The notes under the pieces: model-generated
What the model saw: the letters and a program-made list of their open reading frames with translations, nothing else
The model's database searches: none
What the model was told of the DNA's origin: nothing
Shown: piece after piece, positions 8,368 through 16,157 of the stretch
How positions within the stretch are numbered: position 1 is the stretch's first letter
Layout of the letters: the number at the start of each line of letters is the position of its first letter
Source of the DNA: Candidatus Methylomirabilis oxygeniifera
GTDB lineage: Bacteria > Methylomirabilota > Methylomirabilia > Methylomirabilales > Methylomirabilaceae
Length of the DNA: 32,000 nucleotides
NCBI GenBank assembly: GCA_000091165.1
Contig: FP565575.1
Coordinates: 960,001 to 992,000 of the forward strand
Reading direction: 5' to 3'
Position numbers and translations under genes: made by a program

Positions 8368-9455
8368 GCGGACCGATACTCCGCCTCGAGAGCGTCAAGG
8401 TGGCATACGACGGTATGCTGGTCCTTGATACGCCGTTACTGGAGGTCCAGGAGGGCGAGACCTTAGCTATTATCGGCCCGAACGGGGCAGGTAAATCGAC
8501 ACTGCTTCGGCTCCTCGGACTGTTGGAGCGCCCTACCGAGGGGCGCATCTTCTTCAGGGAGCGGCCGGTTCAGCCGTATGGCAATCTGCTGGTGGAGCGC
8601 CGCCGCATGGCGAGCGTCTTCCAGGAGCCGTTGCTGACCAGCGGAACCGTGGAGGACAACGTGGCGCTTGGGCTCAGGCTCCGGCGCATCGATTCCACCG
8701 AGGTGCGCAGGCGCGTTCAGGAGAGCATGGCCACGCTTGGCATCGAGCATCTGGCCACACGGCGGACTCGGACCCTTTCGGGAGGTGAGGCTCAACGGGT
8801 GAGTCTGGCACGGGCCCTGGTTCTCGACCCGGAGGTGTTTCTGCTGGATGAGCCATTCGCAGCACTCGATCCTCCGACCCGCGAGGGGCTGCTGCTTGAC
8901 CTCAAAGCGATTCTCGATAAACGACGGATTACCACGATCTTTGTCACCCACGATCGAAATGAGGCGTTGGCGCTTGGTGATCAGGTCGCCGTCATGATCG
9001 GTGGGCGGGTAGTGCAGATGGAGGCGCCAGAGCGGGTCTTTGGCGAGCCTGTCAACGAGGAGGTGGCCCGCTTCGTCGGCATCGAAACGATTCTCCGTGG
9101 CCACGTGCAGTCCGTCGGCCAGGGGCTCGCCACTGTTGAGATCCCGGGTTGGACCCTGGAGGTGGCCGAACCGTTGACGCCCGGGGAGCGCGTACTGGTC
9201 TGCCTCAGGCCGGAGGAGATTACGCTGTTCCCCCGCGGAGCAACCCTGACTACCTCCAGTGCGCGGAATCAGCTCTACGGCAAAGTCATCCGTCATCTTC
9301 CGGCCGGCTCCACCTATCGGGTGACGATCGACTGCGGTGTCCCGATTGTGGCGACAGTGACGCGACAGTCGTGGGAGCAACTCGGCCTGGAGGATGGGGC
9401 GGAGGTTGTTGCCGCATTCAAGGCCACTGCTCTTCATGTCATCCACTGCATTTGA
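8364..9455 (+). CDS. Second ABC ATP-binding protein (TupC/WtpC-like) with a C-terminal TOBE domain
   Basis: Walker A GPNGAGKST, signature LSGGEAQRV, Walker B FLLDEPFAALD, and a C-terminal TOBE-like region. The GTGA junction overlaps the upstream permease stop. Confidence 0.8.
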   Translation: MSGPILRLESVKVAYDGMLVLDTPLLEVQEGETLAIIGPNGAGKSTLLRLLGLLERPTEGRIFFRERPVQPYGNLLVERRRMASVFQEPLLTSGTVEDNVALGLRLRRIDSTEVRRRVQESMATLGIEHLATRRTRTLSGGEAQRVSLARALVLDPEVFLLDEPFAALDPPTREGLLLDLKAILDKRRITTIFVTHDRNEALALGDQVAVMIGGRVVQMEAPERVFGEPVNEEVARFVGIETILRGHVQSVGQGLATVEIPGWTLEVAEPLTPGERVLVCLRPEEITLFPRGATLTTSSARNQLYGKVIRHLPAGSTYRVTIDCGVPIVATVTRQSWEQLGLEDGAEVVAAFKATALHVIHCI

Positions 9456-9467
9456 CGATTTTTGTCC

Positions 9468-9496
9468 TTGACTTTCGTCCCATGTTTGAGTAGGTT
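9468..9496 (+). promoter_or_regulatory. Candidate sigma-70 promoter for the DUF465-moaC unit
   Basis: TTGACT (9468-9473), a 17-nt spacer, then TAGGTT (9491-9496). This overlaps a better -10-like TAGAAT at 9496-9501. Sequence match only. Confidence 0.3.
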
Positions 9497-9664
9497 AGAA
9501 TCAAAATGGGATGTCCCTCACAACATATGCCCGCCTTGACATACGAGCAGTTCAGCCTGCCGACGCTGAGATGCGCTCGTCAGTATGAACCTTTCGACGT
9601 TGAGTTCCATTCAGTGACGACGCGCCGCCATCGCGGTCAAAATCCACCCGAGAGGAGGTAAAAG

Positions 9665-9913
9665 ATGGAGGAGACGGAAGCACAACTCTTTGCTCGTCTC
9701 AGGGAGGAGAATCCGGAGTTCCAGCGACTGGCCGAAAAGCACCGGGAATTCGATCTGAAGATCAGTGAGTTGGACCGGATCTATTACCTGACGAGCGAGC
9801 AGGAGCGAAAGCGGAAGGAGCTACAAAAGCTCAAGTTGACAATCAAAGATCAGATGCACGTGATTATGCGTCAACACCAGCGCAATCACACGCCGGCCAC
9901 GTCCCAAAAATGA
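9665..9913 (+). CDS. DUF465 (YdcH-like) small coiled-coil protein
   Basis: Strong SD GAGAGGAGG 5 nt upstream of the ATG. 82 aa with the EKHREFDLKISELD...RKRKELQKLKLTIKDQM pattern typical of DUF465. Confidence 0.75.
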   Translation: MEETEAQLFARLREENPEFQRLAEKHREFDLKISELDRIYYLTSEQERKRKELQKLKLTIKDQMHVIMRQHQRNHTPATSQK

Positions 9914-10407
9914 AGCGGCTGACTCACGTCGACCGACATGGCCAAGCCCGCATGGTCGATATCACCGAGAAAGATGAAACCAGGCGGGAGGCCGTGGCCA
10001 GAGGCACCATCACCATGCAGCCAGGAACGCTTCGCATGATTGAGAAGGGGAGGGTTCCGAAGGGCGATGTCCTGGCGGCTGCCAGGCTCGCCGGGCTCAT
10101 GGCGGCAAAAAGGGTGCCTGACCTCATTCCACTCTGTCATCCCCTCCTCGTTTCCAGTGCCGAAGTCGAGTTCACGCCGGTCGAGAAGGCAGGACGCCTG
10201 GACATCGAATCACGGGTCAAAGTCACCGGGCGAACCGGGGCTGAGATGGAAGCGCTGACGGCCGTGGCGATGGCGGCCTTGACTGTCTACGATATGTGCA
10301 AAGCGGTGGACAAGGAGATGGTGATCGGCGCAATCCGTCTGATCGGGAAGACAGGGGGGAAGAGCGGAGCGTATCGTCGGTCTGGCGAGAACGGAGCTGG
10401 AGTCTGA
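9910..10407 (+). CDS. moaC: Cyclic pyranopterin monophosphate synthase MoaC
   Basis: LTHVDRHGQARMVDITEK..., KGDVLAAARLAGLMAAKRVPDLIPLCHPL and TGAEMEALTAVAMAALTVYDMCKA are classic MoaC blocks. The ATGA junction overlaps the DUF465 stop. Confidence 0.93.
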   Translation: MKRLTHVDRHGQARMVDITEKDETRREAVARGTITMQPGTLRMIEKGRVPKGDVLAAARLAGLMAAKRVPDLIPLCHPLLVSSAEVEFTPVEKAGRLDIESRVKVTGRTGAEMEALTAVAMAALTVYDMCKAVDKEMVIGAIRLIGKTGGKSGAYRRSGENGAGV

Positions 10408-10456
10408 GAGACTCCCGCAAAGGATTCAGTACCCGAGCGCGTATACGGCACTGACG

Positions 10457-11596
10457 ATGTCTTCAGGATTGAGGACAGCATTCGTTTATACCTCGCGGTT
10501 CCTGGAGTTTGACTACGGACCGGGGCATCCCCTTCGCAATGAGCGGCTTGGGCTCACCTACGATTTGATCGGCGCCTGCGAGTTGCTGTCCACTTCCTCC
10601 ACCTGCTCTGTCGAACCTGAACCTGCCACTGACGATGAACTCTTGGTCTTTCTCAAGCCGGACTACCTGAATGCTCTCAAAGGGGCCGACACCGGTTACG
10701 CTCCCATAGACACGTTCCGATACGGTCTCGGCACCCCCGATAACCCGATCCTGCCAGGCATCTACCGGTGGTCTGCGTTGGTGGCCGGTGCCTCGCTACG
10801 CGCGATGCGCATGGTGGAATCGGGGGAGGTGAGGACAGCGTTCAACATCTCCGGGGGGCTCCACCATGCCGGATCGGGAAGGGCCTCGGGATTTTGTTAT
10901 ATCAATGATGCCGCGCTGATCATCGCCGATCTGTGCCGGCGTGGGCACCGGGTGGCCTACGTAGACATTGATGCGCACCACGGCGATGGTGTCCAGTGGG
11001 CATTCTACGACACGGATCAGGTGTTGACTATTTCGATTCACGAGGGCGGCAACACGCTGTTTCCCGGCACCGGGTTCGTGGGCGAAATTGGTGAAGGAAA
11101 AGGGGAGGGGTATTCAGCGAATATTCCCCTCCCGCCTTCGGCAGACGACGAGATCTTTCTCTGGTGTTTCAACGAAGTGGTCCCGTCTTTGGTGAACGCC
11201 TTTCAGCCTGATATCCTGATCACCCAGCTTGGCATCGACGCCCATCGGACCGATCCCCTCTCTCACATTGGGATCAGCCTTGGGGCGTTTGTTCAGGCAG
11301 TCCGGCGTCTGAAAGATCTCTGCGGCCGATGGGTAGCGCTCGGCGGAGGCGGCTATGACCTGAGGAACGTTGCTCGCGCATGGACCGCTGCTTGGGCTGT
11401 TATGAATGATCGTGAACTTCCGGCCTCGCTTCCACAATCCTTCCTGACTCGGCATAAGGGAATCGAGTGGAATGGGACGGCATTCATCGATGCCCCCGCA
11501 ATCATTGAGGGGACTGCCAAGGCGCGCGCCTGGAAGGAGGTCCGGGAAACGGTGGAACTTCTCAGGCGGTCGGTATTTTTGCGGCACGGCATCTGA
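10457..11596 (+). CDS. Histone deacetylase-family protein (AcuC/acetoin-utilisation-type deacetylase)
   Basis: GHPLRNERL, SGGLHHA, FCYINDAA and DIDAHHGDGVQ are catalytic/zinc motifs of class I HDAC-like amidohydrolases. Confidence 0.85.
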   Translation: MSSGLRTAFVYTSRFLEFDYGPGHPLRNERLGLTYDLIGACELLSTSSTCSVEPEPATDDELLVFLKPDYLNALKGADTGYAPIDTFRYGLGTPDNPILPGIYRWSALVAGASLRAMRMVESGEVRTAFNISGGLHHAGSGRASGFCYINDAALIIADLCRRGHRVAYVDIDAHHGDGVQWAFYDTDQVLTISIHEGGNTLFPGTGFVGEIGEGKGEGYSANIPLPPSADDEIFLWCFNEVVPSLVNAFQPDILITQLGIDAHRTDPLSHIGISLGAFVQAVRRLKDLCGRWVALGGGGYDLRNVARAWTAAWAVMNDRELPASLPQSFLTRHKGIEWNGTAFIDAPAIIEGTAKARAWKEVRETVELLRRSVFLRHGI

Positions 11597-11728
11597 CGCT
11601 GCACGTGGATCGGCGGGGAGGGCCTATGACGAGACGAAGATAGAGGCTAGGCAGGAGAACGGCACGAGGGGAACGTTAAGATACGGGAACAGGGCAATAA
11701 TGGGTTTCGGTTTGGCAGGAGGCAGCCA

Positions 11729-12016
11729 ATGGCATTCCAGGATAAGTCACTGACGTGTGTTGATTGTGGGCAGCAGTTTACCTTCACCGCCGGCGAGCAA
11801 GAGTTTTATGAGCAGAAAGGATTCATGAATGAGCCAAAACGGTGCAAGGGCTGCAAGTCGGTACGCAAAGGCGTAGGCGGCCATGGAGGCCCCCGCCAGG
11901 AGTACGAGGTCGTCTGCTCAGCCTGTGGCCAGCAGACCTCCGTTCCCTTCAAGCCGATCCTCGACAAACCGGTCTTCTGCAAGCCCTGCTTTGTGGCTAA
12001 GCGATCTGGGGCGTGA
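11729..12016 (+). CDS. Small zinc-ribbon protein with four CxxC pairs
   Basis: 95 aa with CVDC...CKGC and CSAC...CKPC. SD GGCAGGAGG lies upstream. A strong hairpin terminator follows. Confidence 0.7.
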   Translation: MAFQDKSLTCVDCGQQFTFTAGEQEFYEQKGFMNEPKRCKGCKSVRKGVGGHGGPRQEYEVVCSACGQQTSVPFKPILDKPVFCKPCFVAKRSGA

Positions 12017-12057
12017 GATATGCAGATCTAAATAGCCTGTCGTCGTAAGCGTGGGTG

Positions 12058-12098
12058 AAGGGCCGGGCGCGTACATAGCAGCCCGGCCCTTTGCTTTC
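12058..12098 (+). terminator. Rho-independent terminator between convergent genes
   Basis: Perfect 11-bp stem AAGGGCCGGGC (12058-12068) / GCCCGGCCCTT (12081-12091) with a 12-nt loop, followed by TGCTTTCC. Confidence 0.55.
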
Positions 12099-12256
12099 CG
12101 GAGCGGGAGCGGGATCCTATCTTCTCTTCCCATCGCCCTCATTTGGCGGAGAGAGGGTAGGGGCGAGCAACTCAGGAATTGTTGGATGCCGAAAGATCAG
12201 GAAGTCGCACTTGTGCAGGGAGGCCAACGCTCAGCATAACGCGTCGCCCGTGAAGC

Positions 12257-12878
12257 TCAGGTGATGACTTCGACGCGGTTACGTCCAGCGGTCTTGGCCT
12301 GATACATGGCTTTGTCGACTCGATCGATCGATTCCTCGACGGGACGCTCGCCGTCCAGCGCGGCTATTCCGAACGATGCAGTGATTTGTAGGTGCGGATC
12401 ACTGTCGCCACTGCGGATTTGTTGCGCCGCCACGGCAATGCGGAGTCGTTCCGCAATTTCCAAGGCGGCGTCGATCCCGGTGTTAGGCATGCACAGCAGG
12501 AACTCCTCTCCACCGTAGCGATAGAGGCGATCGTAAGATCTCACTTGCAGTTGCAGGCACTGGGAGGTCGACGCCAGTACGGCATCGCCCGCAACATGCC
12601 CGTAGCGGTCATTGATCTCTTTGAAACGGTCGACGTCAATCATTGCAAGGGCGCAATGCTGTACGCCGCGTCGCACCAGCGCCTGTTGCTCGCGCAGGTC
12701 GGCAAGCAGGCTGGTACGGTTGCGTGCGCCGGTGAGCGGATCGCGGTTGTGTGTTGCCTCGACGAGTTCGTCTCGCAGGGACTGCAACTCCAGGCGAAGC
12801 CGGTCGAGTACGTTGTTAAACTGATCGAGATCGTTGGCGGAGACCGGCAGCTCGTAGGTGACTCGCTGCAGAAGGTAT
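12257..12878 (-). pseudogene. C-terminal fragment (linker helix plus GGDEF domain) of an IS-disrupted DgcZ-like diguanylate cyclase
   Basis: The frame reads YLLQRVTYELPVSANDL...DPLTGARNR...RSYDRLYRYGGEEF...VEVIT. It is closed upstream by a TAA at 12880-12878, created at the IS junction. 12875-12878 is one copy of the GTAT target duplication. Confidence 0.85.
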
Positions 12879-12909
12879 TATACTGACCCCCTTGAGAAGT
12901 AGACAGCGC
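12879..12909 (+). repeat. Left terminal inverted repeat of the IS
   Basis: TATACTGACCCCCTTGAGAAGTAGACAGCGC, compared with the reverse complement of the right end, TGTAGTGCCCCCCTGAAAGTCAACAGGGC. The core TG...CA repeats begin at 12884 and 14140. Confidence 0.75.
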
Positions 12910-12947
12910 TTGTGACAAACTGGGGCGACTCAACAAGGAGGTGTCGA

Positions 12948-13268
12948 ATGGCCGAGTCGACCCTGACACAGAATCGCTGGACGATCACCCGCAAGACGGC
13001 TGTGGTGCTGGAACTATTGCGTGGTGGTGAGGCCGCGGAGCTGGCCCGCAGGTATGGGCTCAGCCAAGCCCAACTGTTTGCCTGGCGGGATCGGTTCCTG
13101 GAAGGCGGGCAGGCGGCGCTCAAGACGCGCCGGGGACAGATCGACTCTGAGCGGGAGCGCCGCGTGCGGGAGCTGGAGCGCAAGGTGGGCCAGCTCACCC
13201 TGGAGAAGGAGCTGTTAAAAAAAACCGACGCGCTGATCCGCCAACGTGGGCGGAGGTCGACCAGTTGA
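12948..13268 (+). CDS. IS3-family transposase OrfA (helix-turn-helix / leucine-zipper part)
   Basis: ATG at 12948 is 7 nt after AAGGAGG. Sequence AVVLELLRGGEAAELARRYGLSQAQLFAWRDRF... followed by a coiled-coil region ELERKVGQLTLEKELLKK. Confidence 0.85.
   Translation: MAESTLTQNRWTITRKTAVVLELLRGGEAAELARRYGLSQAQLFAWRDRFLEGGQAALKTRRGQIDSERERRVRELERKVGQLTLEKELLKKTDALIRQRGRRSTS
13217..13223 (+). promoter_or_regulatory. Programmed -1 ribosomal frameshift heptamer A_AAA_AAA joining OrfA to OrfB
   Basis: In the OrfA frame the sequence is TTA AAA AAA ACC. The -1 frame is open from here into OrfB. A 6-bp hairpin (13237-13242 / 13249-13254) lies 13 nt downstream. Confidence 0.7.
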
Positions 13269-14116
13269 GGGCGCAGGGTGCGCCGCTGAGTCTGGCGTGC
13301 CGGACACTGGGTGTCTCGCGCGCGGGCTTCTACAAATGGCAGCGCGGCTCGGCGCCCACTTCCCCGCAGCAGGCGCCGTGTGACGAGCGCCTGGCCCAGC
13401 GGATCCGGAACATCCTGGACCGCGAGGAGACCTTCGGCTACCGGCGGGTGTGGGCCTGGCTGCGGTTCCAGGAGGGCGTCAGGGTGAATCGCAAGACGGT
13501 CCATCGGATCATGCAACGGAAAGGGTGGCAATGCCGCGTGTGGCACCGTCCAGCCCTGCGGCCCACGCCGACGTGGGAGAAGTGTTCGACGGTCCAGCAG
13601 CCGGACCGGCTCTGGGCCACCGATGCGACGAAGATCTGGTGTGGTCGGGATGGCTGGGCGAGTCTTATCGGCGTCCTCGACGCTGGCAGCCGCGAGTGCG
13701 TCGGCGCTCGGTTTGCCCGCCAGGGTCGGGCGATCGAAGCGGTCGATGCCCTGGAGCAAGGCATTCTCCAGTGCTATGGAAGTTTCGCCCACGTACCCGA
13801 GGGCCTGCGGCTTCGGCACGATAACGGTTCCATCTTCCTGGCCCGCCTGTTCGTTGGGACCACCCAGCAGCTTGCGATTACCCAGGAGTTTATCCCTCGA
13901 TACTCCCCGGAGTACAACGGGGTCATTGAACGCTTCTTCCGCACCCTGAAGCAAGAATGTGTCTGGTTGCACCATTTCGAGTCCTTCGCGGAGGCCGAAT
14001 CCATCATCATGGCCTGGATCGACCGCTACAACAGCGAGCGACAGCATTCGGCCCTGGGGTATCTCACCCCTCGGGTCTGGCGTGAACAGTTCTATCAACT
14101 CCCCCAGGCGGCATAA
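13265..14116 (+). CDS. IS3-family transposase OrfB (DDE integrase-core domain), expected to be made as an OrfAB fusion by -1 frameshifting
   Basis: It lies in the -1 frame relative to OrfA. Sequence LWATDATKIW...GVLDAGSRE...HDNGSIF...YSPEYNGVIERFFRTLKQE...YNSERQHSALGYLTP is typical of the rve/DDE domain. No independent ATG or SD was found. Confidence 0.85.
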   Translation: MRAQGAPLSLACRTLGVSRAGFYKWQRGSAPTSPQQAPCDERLAQRIRNILDREETFGYRRVWAWLRFQEGVRVNRKTVHRIMQRKGWQCRVWHRPALRPTPTWEKCSTVQQPDRLWATDATKIWCGRDGWASLIGVLDAGSRECVGARFARQGRAIEAVDALEQGILQCYGSFAHVPEGLRLRHDNGSIFLARLFVGTTQQLAITQEFIPRYSPEYNGVIERFFRTLKQECVWLHHFESFAEAESIIMAWIDRYNSERQHSALGYLTPRVWREQFYQLPQAA

Positions 14117-14145
14117 GCCCTGTTGACTTTCAGGGGGGCACTACA
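14117..14145 (+). repeat. Right terminal inverted repeat of the IS
   Basis: GCCCTGTTGACTTTCAGGGGGGCACTACA. It ends in CA and is followed directly by GTAT. Confidence 0.75.
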
Positions 14146-14412
14146 GTATGTTGCGCTGCGGTGCATTTGCTCGTGCGCTTGACCGATCGCGACGAACGCA
14201 GGGTGGTCGCGAAGGAAGCCGGTGATGTCGCTGTCGTACCACTGGCCGAAGCGACAGCGACGGTGTGCGTCTGGCATCAGATCGGGCGCATCAGGGAGTA
14301 GACGGGCGATGAGCACGCGGAGCAGATTCTTGTACCACTGCTCGTGATTATAAATCGCTTGTTCGAGCTGCGCGATCGCCATCTGCAACTGTTGCATGCT
14401 AAAGTAGGGCAT
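14146..14412 (-). pseudogene. N-terminal fragment (CZB zinc-binding four-helix domain, 89 codons) of the IS-disrupted DgcZ-like diguanylate cyclase
   Basis: MPYFSMQQLQ...YNHEQW...HRRCRFGQW...GQAHEQMHRSATY contains His23, Cys53, His80 and His84. After residue 89 the track ORF continues into IS sequence. Confidence 0.85.
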
Positions 14413-14708
14413 GACGCATTCCAGTGAGCATTATGTCAATATATCAGTTATCTTAAGCCACCATATAGTGAGGTACGACAGATGATACTATCGTGTCAAC
14501 GAGTTAGCAATACTTCTTCTGAATGCTGACGACGATACACGCCGCGCCTCTATGGCCATCATCAGTCTTTCGATGGCGGCGGCGAACATCGAGGGGGGTC
14601 TCCAGGGGCAGACGGAAACCGCCGATGCAAGTTGAATCGGGCGGGTAAGTATGCTACCGTGACGATAAAGCAGCTATCAGTTAACAGCGTACAGCGATCA
14701 GGCATTGG

Positions 14709-16157
14709 TTGAAGAGAAAGGTATTCGTGGATAGTGAAACACGGTTATTGCTCAGGCAGCTTCCCTCGGTGGATGAGCTCTTACAGGAGCCGTCGATCCG
14801 GGAGACAGCCAGGACACTGCCGCGCTGGGCTGTCGTTGAGGCGATCCGAGAGGTGTTGGAGCGTCGGCGGCGGTTGATTGCCAACGGGCACTCCGAATCG
14901 ATGCAGGCCGACCTGTCATCCAGAGTCGCGCTGGTTGCCGAGGCGCAGCAGATCGCGCTGCGACTGAATCGGCCGGCCCTGCGGCGTCTCATTAACGCAA
15001 CGGGCGTGGTCATCCATACGAATCTCGGTCGCGCCCCGCTCGCAGAGGTTGCAGTCGAGCGCATGGTCGAGGTGGCGCGGGGCTATTCGAACCTGGAATA
15101 TGATCTTGAACGAGGGGACCGCGGGTCCAGGCAGGATCATGCAGAATGGCTCTTATGCCGCTTGACCGGGGCCGAGGCCGCGTTCGCGGTCAATAACAAT
15201 GCGGCGGCGGTGTTGCTTGCGATCAATACGCTGGCCGAGGGAAGGGAGGTTATTGTCTCGCGCGGGGAGCTGGTGGAGATCGGCGACTCGTTCCGGATCC
15301 CCGATATCATGCGTCGCGCAGGCGGGATTCTGCGGGAAGTAGGGACGACCAACCGGACCTACCTGAAGGATTACGAGGACGCTGTCAGCCCGGCAAGCGC
15401 CATTATCCTAAAGGTACACACCAGCAACTTCCGGATCCAGGGCTTTGCCAACCAGGTGCCGGTGGCCGAGTTGGCCGGCCTGGGCGAAAAGACCGGTCTG
15501 CCGGTGGTGGAGGATGTGGGCAGCGGCGCCCTTATCGATCTGGTACAGCTTGGACTCTCCAGGGAACCGATGCCCTCGGAGAGCATCCGCGCCGGAGCGG
15601 ATCTGGTGACCTTCAGCGGGGACAAGCTGCTGGGGGGGCCTCAGGCAGGTCTGATCGTGGGGAAGCGACTGCTAGTCACAAAGCTTCGCCGAAATCCGCT
15701 CGCGCGCGCCGTGCGGATCGATAAGCTCTCGTTGGCCGCGCTGGAGGCAACGTTGCGCCTTTACCTCGACGAAGGGCAAGCCGTTGCCCACACTCCGGTG
15801 CTCCAGGCGCTTGTGATGCCGCTCCAAGAGATTGAGCGGCGAGCCCGGCGTCTGCGCGATCGGATTACCGCACTCGCCTCGGATCATCTTGAGGTGTCGA
15901 TCATCGAGGGGACGTCAGAGGTCGGCGGCGGCGCGCTACCCCTCGAGGCGATTCCGACGCGCCTGGTGGCCGTGCAGGGTATCCGGATGACCGCGCAGGT
16001 TTTAGAGGGACGTCTGCGCCGGGCCGAGCCACCGGTGATGGTTCGGATTAAGGATAACCGGATCGTCGTGGATCCTCGCACCGTCTCGGAAGATGAGCTG
16101 GACACGCTGGCCGAGCTGATCGCGTCAGCCTCGGTTTCACATGAAGCTGATAGTTGA
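14709..16157 (+). CDS. selA: L-seryl-tRNA(Sec) selenium transferase
   Basis: The N-terminus (RQLPSVDELLQEP) resembles E. coli SelA (LPAIDRLL). The PLP-lysine motif is FSGDKLLGGPQAG. About 470 aa. A more likely start is GTG 14727, preceded by AGAGAAAGG. Confidence 0.9.
   Translation: MKRKVFVDSETRLLLRQLPSVDELLQEPSIRETARTLPRWAVVEAIREVLERRRRLIANGHSESMQADLSSRVALVAEAQQIALRLNRPALRRLINATGVVIHTNLGRAPLAEVAVERMVEVARGYSNLEYDLERGDRGSRQDHAEWLLCRLTGAEAAFAVNNNAAAVLLAINTLAEGREVIVSRGELVEIGDSFRIPDIMRRAGGILREVGTTNRTYLKDYEDAVSPASAIILKVHTSNFRIQGFANQVPVAELAGLGEKTGLPVVEDVGSGALIDLVQLGLSREPMPSESIRAGADLVTFSGDKLLGGPQAGLIVGKRLLVTKLRRNPLARAVRIDKLSLAALEATLRLYLDEGQAVAHTPVLQALVMPLQEIERRARRLRDRITALASDHLEVSIIEGTSEVGGGALPLEAIPTRLVAVQGIRMTAQVLEGRLRRAEPPVMVRIKDNRIVVDPRTVSEDELDTLAELIASASVSHEADS

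Larger units (their letters stand above)
12879..14145 (+). mobile_element. IS3-family insertion sequence, 1267 bp, apparently intact
   Basis: Imperfect terminal inverted repeats at 12879-12909 and 14117-14145. Two overlapping ORFs are present (HTH OrfA, DDE/rve OrfB in the -1 frame). There is an A_AAA_AAA slippery site. A 4-bp direct repeat GTAT flanks the element at 12875-12878 and 14146-14149. Removing the element restores the host ORF in frame. Confidence 0.9.

Noticed and set aside
12100-12160. Possible hairpin or repeat (CTCTTCCCATCGCCCTC ... GAGAGAGGGTAGGGGCGAG) after the terminator
   Set aside because: The two arms are not truly complementary when checked base by base. This looks like low-complexity purine/pyrimidine tracts only.
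12878-14098. 406-aa minus-strand ORF spanning the IS
   Set aside because: It is antisense to both transposase frames and has a low-complexity Arg/Pro-rich translation. The plus-strand OrfA/OrfB carry clear HTH and DDE signatures.
12884-14140. Initial IS boundaries placed at the canonical TG...CA core repeats
   Set aside because: With these ends the flanks (TAC / CTA) are not duplicated, and rejoining the host gene gives a frameshift. Extending by 5 nt on each side gives a perfect GTAT duplication and in-frame restoration.
14413-14708. Possible tRNA-Sec (selC) or other tRNA near selA. I also checked 4082-4462, 9456-9664, 21564-21726 and 26396-26641.
   Set aside because: No GGTTCGAnTCC-type T-arm with a complementary stem was found. 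The only UCA-containing loop candidate (reverse strand, about 14630) has no anticodon stem. This was an eye search only and should be confirmed with tRNAscan-SE or ARAGORN.
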